64,000 bases of DNA from Octopus vulgaris. Taxonomy: Eukaryota. Positions 52,412 to 64,000 of the stretch are shown here, piece after piece. Position numbers and translations under genes: made by a program. Within the stretch, counting starts at the first letter, position 1; each line of letters begins with the position of its first letter. The stretch spans positions 23,994,001-24,058,000 of the forward strand of contig OX597817.1 of the NCBI GenBank assembly GCA_951406725.2, read 5' to 3'. A model generated the notes under the pieces. The model worked only from the letters and a program-made list of their open reading frames with translations, was not told the DNA's origin and made no database searches.

Positions 52412-52632
52412 CATCTATTTATAAATGTTCTGAAATCTTTCACACCCTTGGATTTTTATCTCATTCTGCTAATTTTTCTATATATACGCATGCTGATATA
52501 TGACCTACGCTGGACTCCTCATTCGCATAATCACCGAACCTGGGACCTAACTATAGTCTGTCCATAGCACTTGCTCAGCCTAACCTGACACCTTTGGGTC
52601 TTCTTGACACCATTACCTCTCATAACCTCAAT

Positions 52633-52687
<55 letters not shown>

Positions 52688-53815
52688 CATACATACATAC
52701 ATACATACCTACATACATACATGCATACATACATATATACATGCATATGTATTAACGAAAGCAAAATATAAACTAGAAATGATAAAAGCAAAAGGCTAAA
52801 TGTGTGTGTAAAAGAAATCAGTGTTCAGAGTGTCAGTTCAGTATGTTGGTTCAGCGTTCAGTATGTTGGCCACAGGAACTTCTGTCAAAGAGACATGGTT
52901 AAACAAAGCTGTACATCATCTCCCTTTTTCTCTCACATACCCACTCTTTCTCTCTCTCTCTCTCTCTCTTTTCCTCTCTCTCTCTCTTTCTCTCTCTCTG
53001 TTTTCTCTACTGCCCTCACCATCTCTATACCTACCATTACTCTCACCCCAGCATGAGAAATAGTAGAAGTATCATTGAATAGTGAGAGAGGGCGACAAAG
53101 TGTGACACACTTATAGACTGAAATTAGTTTTCGCATTTATTATATTAGATTAATCTCAAGTTATCTTGTATGGTGTTTAAATGTTTTGGTGTGTATTCAC
53201 CACATCAATCATTGTTACAGAAAAACTAGTTGGTAACTTAACCAAACAGTGTCGATATCATGTGGCTAGTATAATACAAGAGCAAAGAAATGTAACAAGC
53301 ACTTATATACTGTAATCTCCTAATTAATAATGAGTGTAGTGTTTATATATATATGTCCAAAATCACAGAGTAGGAGTAGGACAGAGTAGGAGAAAGAGTA
53401 GTATAAGTGAAGGGAGAGGAGAGGAAATAGTTATTCAGTGAAGGAGAAGTAGTGAAAGTGATAGCCCAGAGTGAGAGAGAGGGAAAGTAATAACAATGGA
53501 GAAAGGAAGGGGTGATAGATGAATAAGGAAGGAGGTGGTGAAAAAAATCAATGTTTCAAACTCTGTATGAGTATATGTGTGTGTATGTAAAAGGAGGTAT
53601 GTGAATGTGTGTGTGCGTGCGTGCATGTGTGTCTGTGTGTGCAATGGAAATGGGATGGGGAACGTTCAATGTTGAAAAGTAAAATCAAACAGCATTTCAA
53701 CTCTGAGTATATGTGTGTATGATTATGCATGTACAAAGAAAGTATGCGAAGTATGTGAATGTTTGTATCTGTGAATATTATATGCCTTATTCTATATCTT
53801 GCTTATATATAAAAT

Positions 53816-54068
53816 GTGGAGGCGCATGGCTTAGTGGTTAGGGTGTTGAACTCATGATCGTAAGGTTGTGGTTTCGATTCCTGGACCGGGCGATGCGTTG
53901 TGTTCTTGAGCAAAACACTTCATTTCACGTTGCTCCAGTCCACTAAGCTGGCTGGCAAAAATGAATAATCCTGCGACGGACCGGCGTCCCGTCCAGGTGG
54001 GGAATTTCTACGCCACTGAAACCGAGAAACCGGTCCTTATGAGCCTGGCATGGCTCGAAAAGGAACAT
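53816..54068 (+). mobile_element. tRNA-derived CORE-like SINE, head A + tail Y
   Basis: A box TGGCTTAGTGG, B box GGTTTCGATTCC and CORE-like segment. 13-bp TSD TTATATATAAAAT (53803-53815, 54069-54081). Confidence 0.92.
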
Positions 54069-54268
54069 TTATATATAAAATACTACAATTAGCCGTCATC
54101 TTTGATGCAACAGGGTCAGGTCAGCTAGTAGTAACTAAGAAAGGCAATAGAGAGTACTTTTGAGTGCTTTATTGGGGAAGATAACTTAAGTTATACTCTA
54201 AAGAGATGCGTAAGCATTATAGTTTTAAACACATTCTCCTTCTTTTCCTCTTTATGGGTATGTATACA

Positions 54269-54270
<2 letters not shown>

Positions 54271-54366
<96 letters not shown>

Positions 54367-55605
54367 TTACATCTATGTAAATATATATGTGTGTTTATGC
54401 ATATATACATACGCGCACACACACATAGATAGATACACAGACAGACAAGCATACAGACAGACAGACAGGTAGGTAGGTAGGTAGGTAGGTAGGTAGGTAG
54501 GTAGGTAGGTAGGTAGGTAGGTAGGTAGGTAGGTAGGTAGGCAGGCAGGTAGGTATTTTAAAAGGAAGACACAGAAAGTGTGTAGTGGCTCACTAGAGAG
54601 ACAAACATGCATATAGCTCTAACCGAATGCTCTTTATATATCTTGTAGTATCTCTCAATTAAGAGAGAGAAACCGAGACAAAACTTTTCTCAGATAATGT
54701 CAAAGCATGCTTAAAACAATGAAGATGCATTGGCACATATGAAAATGTGAAATACAGTGTGCACCAGTGCTTATAAATATATGTACTACCGGCTCTAAGC
54801 TATAACAACAGCAATCATAAAGGATGTAATAGGAGCTGGCAAGCATATAATCAATCAAATTCTACAATTGTGCTCATGCTGTTCAACAACAAATGCTGGT
54901 ACATCTCAACCAATAGGAACATTGCATTACTGTCATGTGATTTTTTTTTAAAAACATGATGTTCACTAATCTTGTCAGTATGGCGTGTGCAATATAGAGT
55001 TAGATACACACCAGTGTAGGTAATGTTGATTTGTGTAAGCATGCATGTATACTTAAATATATATTTATGCATTGAAATATATGTGTGTCTGCTTGAGGTA
55101 ATACATATATTTAATATACACCTACACAGCTGTGAATACACAAGTCTGTGCTTCTACATACATATATATATATATATATATACATACATAAATATATCTA
55201 CGCTCATACATGAATATATATATACATACATCAATATATCTACGCTCATACATAAATATATATACATACATAAATATATCTACGCTCATACATAAATATA
55301 TATATATACATACATATTTATACATACATATATTTATATATACACATGCTAACATGTGAGTGTGTGCATGTGTATTTATGTGTGTATGTGTATATATGTA
55401 TATGTGTGTGTGTCTGTGTGTAAAGAGATAGATAGACGTAGATAATTTCAGCACTCATTCGAAGATGTGCATACAAGCAGATACATGTATACTTACGTAT
55501 GTATGCATATGCAAATGTGTCTCTGTGTGTTCGTGTGTGTGTTTGTAAGTCTGTATATTTGTGTGAGTGTAAGCTAGTAGAATATATATATAAACTTTAT
55601 CATCA

Positions 55606-55639
<34 letters not shown>

Positions 55640-55702
55640 CACTGTTTACATAAATATACAAACTCACACACACACACATACATATGTATATGAATATGTA
55701 AA

Positions 55703-55779
<77 letters not shown>

Positions 55780-55800
55780 TATATATACATATATACATAT
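54271..55800. repeat. Microsatellite-rich block: (CA)n, (TA)n, (GGTA)n, (TAT)n and a 40-42-bp three-unit minisatellite at ~55175-55300
   Basis: Read directly. CTACGCTC recurs at 55198, 55240 and 55280. Confidence 0.9.
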
Positions 55801-56528
55801 AAGGAGGCATAAATGCATGCAAGTATCAAGAGTGATACATATCTATGTACTGAGATCTGTGAATTAATCATGCACATGCATATTGATGTATTAGTGTATC
55901 TGTATGTGTATCATAGTATGTATAATTGAAATGAATAGTTTATGCTTCGCTACCACTCTAAATTCCAACCACAGAATATCTTGAGATATGAAACAGAATT
56001 CTATTAATTTTACCGCTCTTGCGAATTCAATCTCTCCAAGACTATCTCTTACACAGTATCTCTCCCTCCTGCTCTCCTTCTGTTGGTTATTATGCATATA
56101 TTTATATATCTGAAAAACATATATACATACATATGTAAAAGATAATCATATGTATGACGTGCTGAACATCTATGTCTACAAACGGAGAAGAGAGTACACA
56201 GGATTTGAAGTAGGGTGCTTATGTTTTATTAGAAATGAAAAGTTTTCGAATCATAACTGTGTTTCTTGTACTGTTTATTCAAACAATTAAAATGGGGAAT
56301 GGTGCGGTTGTATATAAGGAGATACATTCGTAAACACAACGAAATGTGATCAGCATGTCCATGTACTTAAGATATTCAATCCTTCTTCATAAATTGAAAA
56401 GGAATAGCGTATATTATAGTCTGTGCTGAAGCTGTCAAGCATATTCAGACATACGTACATATGTATGTATGTATATGTGTAGGCATGTATAGATATGTGT
56501 GTGTGCGTTCGTGTATACATATATATAT

Positions 56529-56572
<44 letters not shown>

Positions 56573-56604
56573 ATGTATGTATGTATGTATGTATGTATAA
56601 TATA

Positions 56605-56843
56605 AAATGGGACAAGAACGCAAAACATCCGGGCAACTAGGTGATACAAAAAGGGACAACGAAACATCCACATAGACGATACAATAAAACAAGGACGGGT
56701 CATTCGAAGCTTTCTATTTTCAGTCAAGAACCAGATCATCCTCGCAATTCCGGCTGATTAATCTTGATATATGAGCGTCCAATAATACTATATTTGTTCC
56801 ACATCCTCGCGTTGTGTTTTTTTGTGCTTTCATGTGTGGATTA

Positions 56844-56850
<7 letters not shown>
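56605..56850. mobile_element. Probable Penelope-like pseudo-LTR fragment between (TATG)n and (TA)n
   Basis: A-rich/T-rich strand switch mid-element, microsatellite flanks, and an end shared with 36130-36170. Confidence 0.45.
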
Positions 56851-56889
<39 letters not shown>

Positions 56890-57222
56890 TATGTGTGTGT
56901 GTGTGTACATACATATATATGTGTGTGTATGCATGTTTGCATGTTTATATATCTATATGTATGCATGCATCCATGCATGTTTGTATGTATCCATATACAT
57001 ATGAGAAGCTTCCATAGAGTCTGTCAAAAATCCTTTTTATGTACCATTAATCAAATCATGATGACGAATTGAATGTCTTAAACACATAGACAAGCAAATC
57101 ATGTTCCAAATCGTTTACGGATATATTTGTTTGGATATTGTCCCACTACTCCCTATTTTGATGCAATTAATCTTTAAGGCAATGAGCTAGAAGAATAATT
57201 AGACACGCCATGTAAATTGCTT

Positions 57223-57365
57223 AGCAAATCTGTGGTATTGAGCAGTATATTTGCTTTTGCTTTAAACCCATCTTTCATACCAAGGCAAAACAATGTACAT
57301 GATAACACTTCCAATCAGCTAAGATCAGAAGCAAAGAGGATCACTGCCTGGTACTGCATTAGGGC

Positions 57366-57449
<84 letters not shown>

Positions 57450-57462
57450 CATTATTATTATT
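57223..57462 (+). mobile_element. Family E 3' end with (TTA)n tail
   Basis: GCAAATCTGTGGTATTGAGCAG...ACAATGTACATGATAACACTTCCAATCAG matches the reverse complement of 17960-18055. Confidence 0.8.
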
Positions 57463-57773
57463 TGATGAAAAACTCATATCTTCTTTTGCTGGGCATAATG
57501 GAATGTGTCAGCTGTCCACAGCCAGCAGACTAAAGTGACACTCTTTTTTCGGTCATGCTTCAAGAACCCTGTAAAGAATTCTTTCAGTTCAAAGAAATGA
57601 TGATGTTTGTAACTGTTCTACTTTTACACTTGCACCAATCTTTTCCAGTCATGTTGGTAGTTGAGTGCCAATTACTATCAGGTCTACTCACCTCATTTTA
57701 ACCACAACCTTTGTATTTCCCACTTGAAATCGTCATTTCCAACTTCAAAATTATTATTATTATTATTATCATT

Positions 57774-58324
57774 CAGTAGTTTTATTTTTATAACGTGCTT
57801 TCACTTCACTACCGAGCCTGTTCTGTTTGCCTTGGGTATGTGCTGTGATTTGTTGTGATGCTCTTATGGTTACTGTATGATGCTCTGATGGTATTATTAT
57901 TATTATTATTCAGTAGTTTTATTTTTATAGCGTGCTTTCACTTCACTACCGAGCGCAGCTCTGTGTGCCTTGGGTATGTGTTGTGATTTGTTGTGATGTT
58001 CTGATGGTTATTGTATGGAAAGTGTTCTGCGTAGGATGTGTGCAGTGCCTAGTAGTGCAATTTTCTGTATGTTATATGTGTTTGTAAGTCCTGGTGTTTT
58101 TGTCATGTATCTGTCTGAATATTTTTTTTATCATGCCTAATGCACCTACTATGATAGGAATTGTTTCTGTTTTCAGATTCCACTTTCTGGTTACCTCTGT
58201 TTCCAGGTCTTTGTATTTTGAGAGTTTCTCCATTTCTTTTAGAGACACGTTGTCATCTGCCGGTATTGATACATCAATTAGAAAGCATTTTTTTTCTTCA
58301 TGATCTCTGACAACTATATCTCCA
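57774..58324 (-). pseudogene. Two tandem 5'-truncated R4/Dong-clade LINE copies (57774-57891, 57911-58324) in (TAA)n
   Basis: GDIVVRDHEEKKCFLIDVSIPADDNVSLKEMEKLSKYKDLETEVTRKWNLKTETIPIIVGALGMIKK...IQKIALLGTAHILRRTLSIQ* (RLE domain). Duplicated 3' UTR. (TTA)n at every junction. Confidence 0.9.
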
Positions 58325-58417
<93 letters not shown>

Positions 58418-58780
58418 GATTATTATTATTATTACGATTATTATTATTATTACTATTATTATTTAAAACAGTTTGACTCGACGTCATGGGACAATTTCCC
58501 AAGCTTCATATAGAAACCTATCATTCAAGACCAGTTAACTGATCTTGAATGAGCCCCGTTTCTCTAAGAAGCCTGCAAAACTTTAAGTCACATGGAGGTT
58601 AATCAAACTGTTCGAAATGGTAATAAATGTAACTCATATTAATTGTATTGGGTGTCTTTTTCTTTCGTTTGTCTAGTCACTCGTATATATGTTGTTCGAT
58701 TCCTCATTTGAATGATTTCGCCAGGTGGTGCTATTAATTTAGACATGGTCTTGGCCAATACTGGCCGAAACCTATCAACG

Positions 58781-58827
<47 letters not shown>

Positions 58828-59649
58828 ATGAGTGTGTGTGTAAATATATATATGTGTGTGTGCCTCTATATATATATGTTTGTGTATATATATACATATA
58901 TATGTATATATATATAGATATACGTGTATATATACATATGTGTCTATACATATATATGTGTGTATATATATGACTGTATATACACACACATACATACACT
59001 CACACGCATACATACGCACATAAGTCAGGGAATAAAGGACAGAAAGTAGCACTCTGCACACAGGATTACAGTTGCCTCTTTTACGTATTTAATAAGAGTT
59101 TGAGTCAGGTCCAGATTAATTAAAACTTCGAGGGCATAGGATATTTCTGCATTATCAAATGTTTGGAACCAGAGTGCAAAAAATTGAAAAGAAATTAAAA
59201 TGTCTTTCATAAAAATTATAGTTCGGCCACCATTAGTCATTTCAGACCATAAAATCCATCAATTATTTTATTGGAAGTTCCACGTGGCAGAGCAGAGTTG
59301 ATGGTAAAAATTTCTCAACATTCTGTATTTTAGCAACAACTGCACTTTAGATTGGGTACTACACATGGTAGTGCAGACAAGTTAACTTGATCTGTTAGTC
59401 GAGATTTTGTAGGTTATGATACTTTAGCGACAACAATTATTCCACTAGGGGAAAATAGATTTGATGTATCAGTTTATATGAATTTATGCAACCGACATGA
59501 ATAATAAGTACGCCTCAATTCTCTACAGAGACCAGAATTTATATACTTTACATTGTTTGTGGGCTGGTAATGCCTTGGGTCATGTATCTAAATAATTTGC
59601 GGTTAATGGCTTGACGTTTACTGACACAGTATATCTCTGTGGGTATTTT

Positions 59650-60563
59650 TTTCTTATTGATGGATACTGTGGGTTAGTATGGAATGAGCAGTTTTATGCA
59701 AAGGCATTTACGACCGACATGTGAATAAACAGAACGCCTGTCAAAAATCTCCTTGCAATATTTGGGACATTGTTTTGATAGTTCTGGGGTATCCAGATAT
59801 ATTGGGACAAGGAGGTAGAATTTCCCTTGAACCGCCACCCGAAGGAATGCCTGTATTGGGTGAATACTTTCTTAAATCTATTGACTGCCAGGACCGTGTA
59901 ATGTCAAATGATGTCATAAATGATATGAAGATGGCGCTATAGACCACAGACTGTAAGAGGTAGGATTCCTACAGTGGACAGTTGGTAGGATGTTGGTAGA
60001 TGCCGGTTGAGGTGTAAGACGATGACTAACTTTGTGTTTGCATCGACTTTTGCGTGTAACGGTCGAAGCAATATTATCTTAGCATATATATGTAGTTTCT
60101 CTAGTCTCAACTTCAACCAGTTTCGCTGTCAATTTCTAATACTTTAAAATTTCCCTTTTAGCGTTACCCATACTTCGTCTTCATCTAGCCCTAAGGCTAT
60201 ATTCTGTTTGTTTATTTAATTCGTTTTTGACCTCCGTCTGTCCACTAACAGTCTTGTCTTGAATTACATTTATTCATTTTCGTATGTCCACCTTTTGTAT
60301 TGCTTGTTTAACCATTTCTGGTTTGTCTGTTCTCTTTCTGCTATGTTTCGGTCCCTTTTCCCAGCAGTTCTTGCCGGTTGCCACCAGAAGGAAACCAATA
60401 GTATCGTTAAAGGTACGAAATTGCGTTTGACTCTCTGGCCGATAACTGATGGGGAGTTGAAGATCTTCTGTGTCTGTTTTCCGTTCGTCTGTGTATTTAC
60501 TATGTTTTTCAACTTGGCCATTCTCTGTCTGTTTCCCGTTCGTTTGTACATACGTTTTTTACT

Positions 60564-60565
<2 letters not shown>
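59650..60565 (-). mobile_element. Penelope-like element remnant (GIY-YIG) with adjacent probable pseudo-LTR at ~60240-60565
   Basis: NCPL*ESYLLQSVVYSA and HYTVLAVNRFKKVFTQYRHSFGWRFKGNSTSLSQYIW. Ends at (TA)n. Confidence 0.65.
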
Positions 60566-60594
<29 letters not shown>

Positions 60595-60656
60595 GTATGT
60601 ATCTAATGTGTATGTATATATATGTATGTGCGTGTATATATATATATATATATACG

Positions 60657-60701
<45 letters not shown>

Positions 60702-62467
60702 ATGCACACAACACACAACACACACAGATACCTGCATACATACGTACATATACTATGCTGTGGAATTACTATTAGTAGAAATATCCGACACCGGATATTT
60801 CATTTATTGAGTTATTTTGAAAACTCTATTATCAAATTGCTTCGAAACATCTGTTTAGTTTAATATATATTATGCAACCAATTTTCATTTGGTTTAGGCT
60901 CCTAATATTACATTTGTCATTTTTGTCGTCGTAACACTTGTGGTCTTTATCATTTTACTTGCTGTTCGTGTTAGCTTTCGTACTGACGTAGCCATTCAAA
61001 TGGTTTGCCGTTAAGCAATCTCATAATTTATCCTGTGTGTCAAGACTTCGTCATGTTAGGAAAAGTGAAAGCATAATAAATGTCCTCCGGTACATACTAA
61101 CTATAACTGCGTTCTATGTGTTTCTCATACGTAACGAATATTCACCATGCAGAGGTATGATGCATTAGATATTCGTTCAAGAGAAAATCTCTTCATAGCT
61201 TTGCTGTGATAAAAACACAGTGCATATGTGGATGAGGGGAAATATTTTCCCGGCAGTAATTCAAAAGAAATCCAAAGGAAATTCAGACTTCTTGGACTTT
61301 ATCAATGACATCTACTCACTGGTTATCTGCTGAGACGAAATCTGCCTCCTTCGATACATAGGAAACAGTAAATAATACAATTCTTGATAATATAAGTAGC
61401 TGCTGGTCCGAATGGGAAAAAATCGATGTACACAAATGAAACAACATTGAATCAAAATACTCATCGAGTATACACAGTTGAGAAACATGACTTCGTCGAT
61501 TCCAGCATCATATCTCTTAGCGATGTGTATTCGTTGATGGTTATATTTAGATGGCGATTTTAATGTAGTGACGTTTCAGTTGCGAACTCCGAGTAGAGTA
61601 CGTCCTAAATAATTTTAAATTGATTCTATATGATCATTTTATCTTTAAAATTAATACATTTTAGTAAAGAAGTACATAATTGATATTTCCTTTTCAAAAT
61701 CAAAACATGAGGAAGATATAGTTTTGAAATCAGTACATTTTCTTTTTTTTTTTTTACATTCAATTTTTTTTAAATGTACGGAATTAGCTATTTTTAAAAC
61801 ACAATGAATATTGAATCATTGCAGCTTATAAATATGCATTCTATTTAAAATCAAAACTATACACTTACTATCTTTATTTAATTATTTTAACTCACAACCT
61901 TAAAATGAAAACAAACAATGAAATATGAAAACTATAACAATAGACACTTCTCTCTAGGGCCCATATTCATAACGTTGTCTGTCACTGAATTATAATCCAC
62001 CTCTATAGGTGAGTGAATTGCTTGACACACTTGACACATCAGGGCATTGACAAAATGTCTCTCCTTATTTGCTTTGATTCTTTATATTCTGAACTCAAAT
62101 CCCGTTGAGTTTGATTTTCTCTTTCACTACCATGCAAGAACTTGATATATTCAACAGTACATATTCAAAAGTAGACTAGACAATATTTAGTAACTGCTCT
62201 TTACCTTCTGAACCCAAATCTTGTTGAGTTTGACATAATAAAGAATGACTCAACTACAGGAGTCTATTTTATTGATTATCCAATCGACACAAATTTGTGG
62301 CATTGTGCTTATGTTAAAACCATTGTGTTTGCGTGGCAGAAGCGTTAGAACATGGTCATAATGTCAGGCAATATTCATTTCAGTTTTTTTACGTTTCCTG
62401 TTCAAAATACTCACAGGTTCAACTTCCACATTCAACTTTGAAAGGGTCGATAAAATATAATATATAT

Positions 62468-62696
62468 ATTTTTTTACTACCCACAAGGGGCTAAACACAG
62501 AGGGGACAAACAAGGACAGACAAAGGGATTAAGTCGACTACATCGACCCCAGTGCGTAACTGGTACTTAATTTATCGATCCCCAAAGGATGAAAGGCAAA
62601 GTCGACCTCGGCGGAATTTGAACTCAGAACGCAGCGGCGGACGAAATACCGCAAAGCATTTCGCCCGGCGTGCTAACGATTCTGCCAGCTCGCCGC
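62468..62696 (-). mobile_element. SINE family D
   Basis: 17-bp TSD TAAAATATAATATATAT (62451-62467, 62697-62713). Confidence 0.92.
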
Positions 62697-63550
62697 TAAA
62701 ATATAATATATATCGGAGATAATCTGACGATGGCTTAAGCGATTAATATTCCCTTTTCAATTTTCTGGCTTTGTGCCCATCATAATGATATTTATTATTA
62801 TAATATTATTCTTTATAAGTCATAGTTATCCCTATTATCTCATATTGCCCATTGTCATATGTGATTAATTTTGGCAGATTATCTTGCCATTCTTTAAAAA
62901 TCTACAGAATAATATTTCACAAAATGAATGTTTGTTTCACAATAATATTATTCAAATATAATTCAGTGGTTTAATGACGAATTTGACAATTGGCGATTTG
63001 GAGATAAACAATGGAAATTCGTTCTGTCACTTTAGAAGGAGAAGTGATGAGAGAAAGTGAGTGGGGTTCCATGAGCTAGCTTGACGATTAAGAGCAGTAT
63101 TTTTAATGACAATTGGCAGACATAAGTCGTCGCAATGTTTTGATTATCTTTAAATCAAATGCAAATTCAAAGTAAGTAGTTCGAAGCAGAAGAAAATGAA
63201 AATTATAATCTTTAGTAATATAGAGAAAGACTATGTTACAATGACCTTGCAAGACCTTTGCCCAGTAACTAAAACCAGAAGATCATGTAATGTAATCTAG
63301 GATGAGCCACACTAGTTTTTAATGCACTACTCTAACAAAGAAAATAGAAACATTTTAATTTAAACAAGTGTAACCCATTACTAAGAAAAATAAAACCTTA
63401 TTAACAATACCCAGTTTCTATGGAAATTTAAGGTCTTTCTATCTTGTATATATCAGTGTATCTTCCTCTTCTTATCTAGATTTTATGCATAACTTAAAGT
63501 GATCATTACTGTCATTCATCCGCTGATGGTCCTTGAGATGCAGTATATCA

Positions 63551-63798
63551 TCTATTATATAAAATCCGTTCTGTCTGTCTGTGTGTGTGTCTTCTAGGAT
63601 CTCGGGCATCCTCCATCCGATTGCGCTCAAATTTGATATGTAGATACCGACGGAATCAAGATGTGTATAAGCCTTGAAAGAATTACAAAAGTCGATTTCA
63701 GGTGAGAATGTGATCGATAAAGACAAGTTGTTTTGAGAAAATTTGGTTTAAATGCTTGACAACTCAGCACCGTCAATTGGACGGGGTCGTTTTGCTCG
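63551..63798 (+). mobile_element. Short non-autonomous Helitron
   Basis: A|TCTATTATATAAAA...CTGTCTGTCTGTGTG leader, hairpin CCGTC-AATTG-GACGG, CTCG|T end (CTAG variant). Confidence 0.65.
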
Positions 63799-64000
63799 TA
63801 ATATAATAATGCAGTATATCACAATATAAACAAGAGTACTCAGAGAGCCAAGGCAACTCCAACGTGCTCTCAACAAGTAGTCAGAGATGATTTTTAAAAT
63901 GAATATATCGGAAATAAACTCGGCGGCTCTCACAAACGAGAATACTAAAAATGATCCCGACCGCTCTCAAAAATTAAGTAAAAGAACAGAAAAAATAGTA

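Noticed and set aside
53816-53890. tRNA-like sequences (also at 4690-4759, 15215-15288 and 38688-38765)
   Set aside because: A/B boxes run straight into SINE bodies with TSDs, and there is no proper acceptor stem. They are SINE heads, not tRNA genes.
58750-58780. GGCCA-ATAC-TGGCC-GAAAC stem resembling hammerhead stem II
   Set aside because: No CUGANGA upstream.

Overview
Eukaryotic, AT-rich and microsatellite-dense DNA made almost entirely of interspersed repeats. The SINE families and simple-repeat load point to a coleoid cephalopod, most likely Octopus (an inference from recalled repeat sequences). No host protein-coding exon, tRNA/rRNA gene or CRISPR array can be supported. Nearly all listed ORFs are microsatellite read-through or transposon debris. 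Supported elements: (1) four tRNA-derived SINE head types, many copies with target-site duplications (TSDs); (2) a full-length DD34D mariner, a mariner C-terminal fragment with D35D spacing and a DD41D Tc1/mariner remnant; (3) hAT and Tc2/pogo-type MITEs, a decayed Charlie/Buster-type hAT and four non-autonomous Helitrons; (4) an internally deleted Gypsy LTR element, R4/Dong-clade and RTE LINE remnants, and several Penelope-like (GIY-YIG) fragments. The most notable item is a 385-bp insertion at 35580-35964. It has a 12-bp TSD, 38-bp terminal redundancy (353-nt unit), dense secondary structure and a type I hammerhead ribozyme, which is the signature of a retrozyme copied from a circular RNA. 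Further hammerhead motifs cluster at 47.1-48.3 kb. The SINEs show a 2x2 head/tail module swap. All alignments, translations and folds were done by eye.
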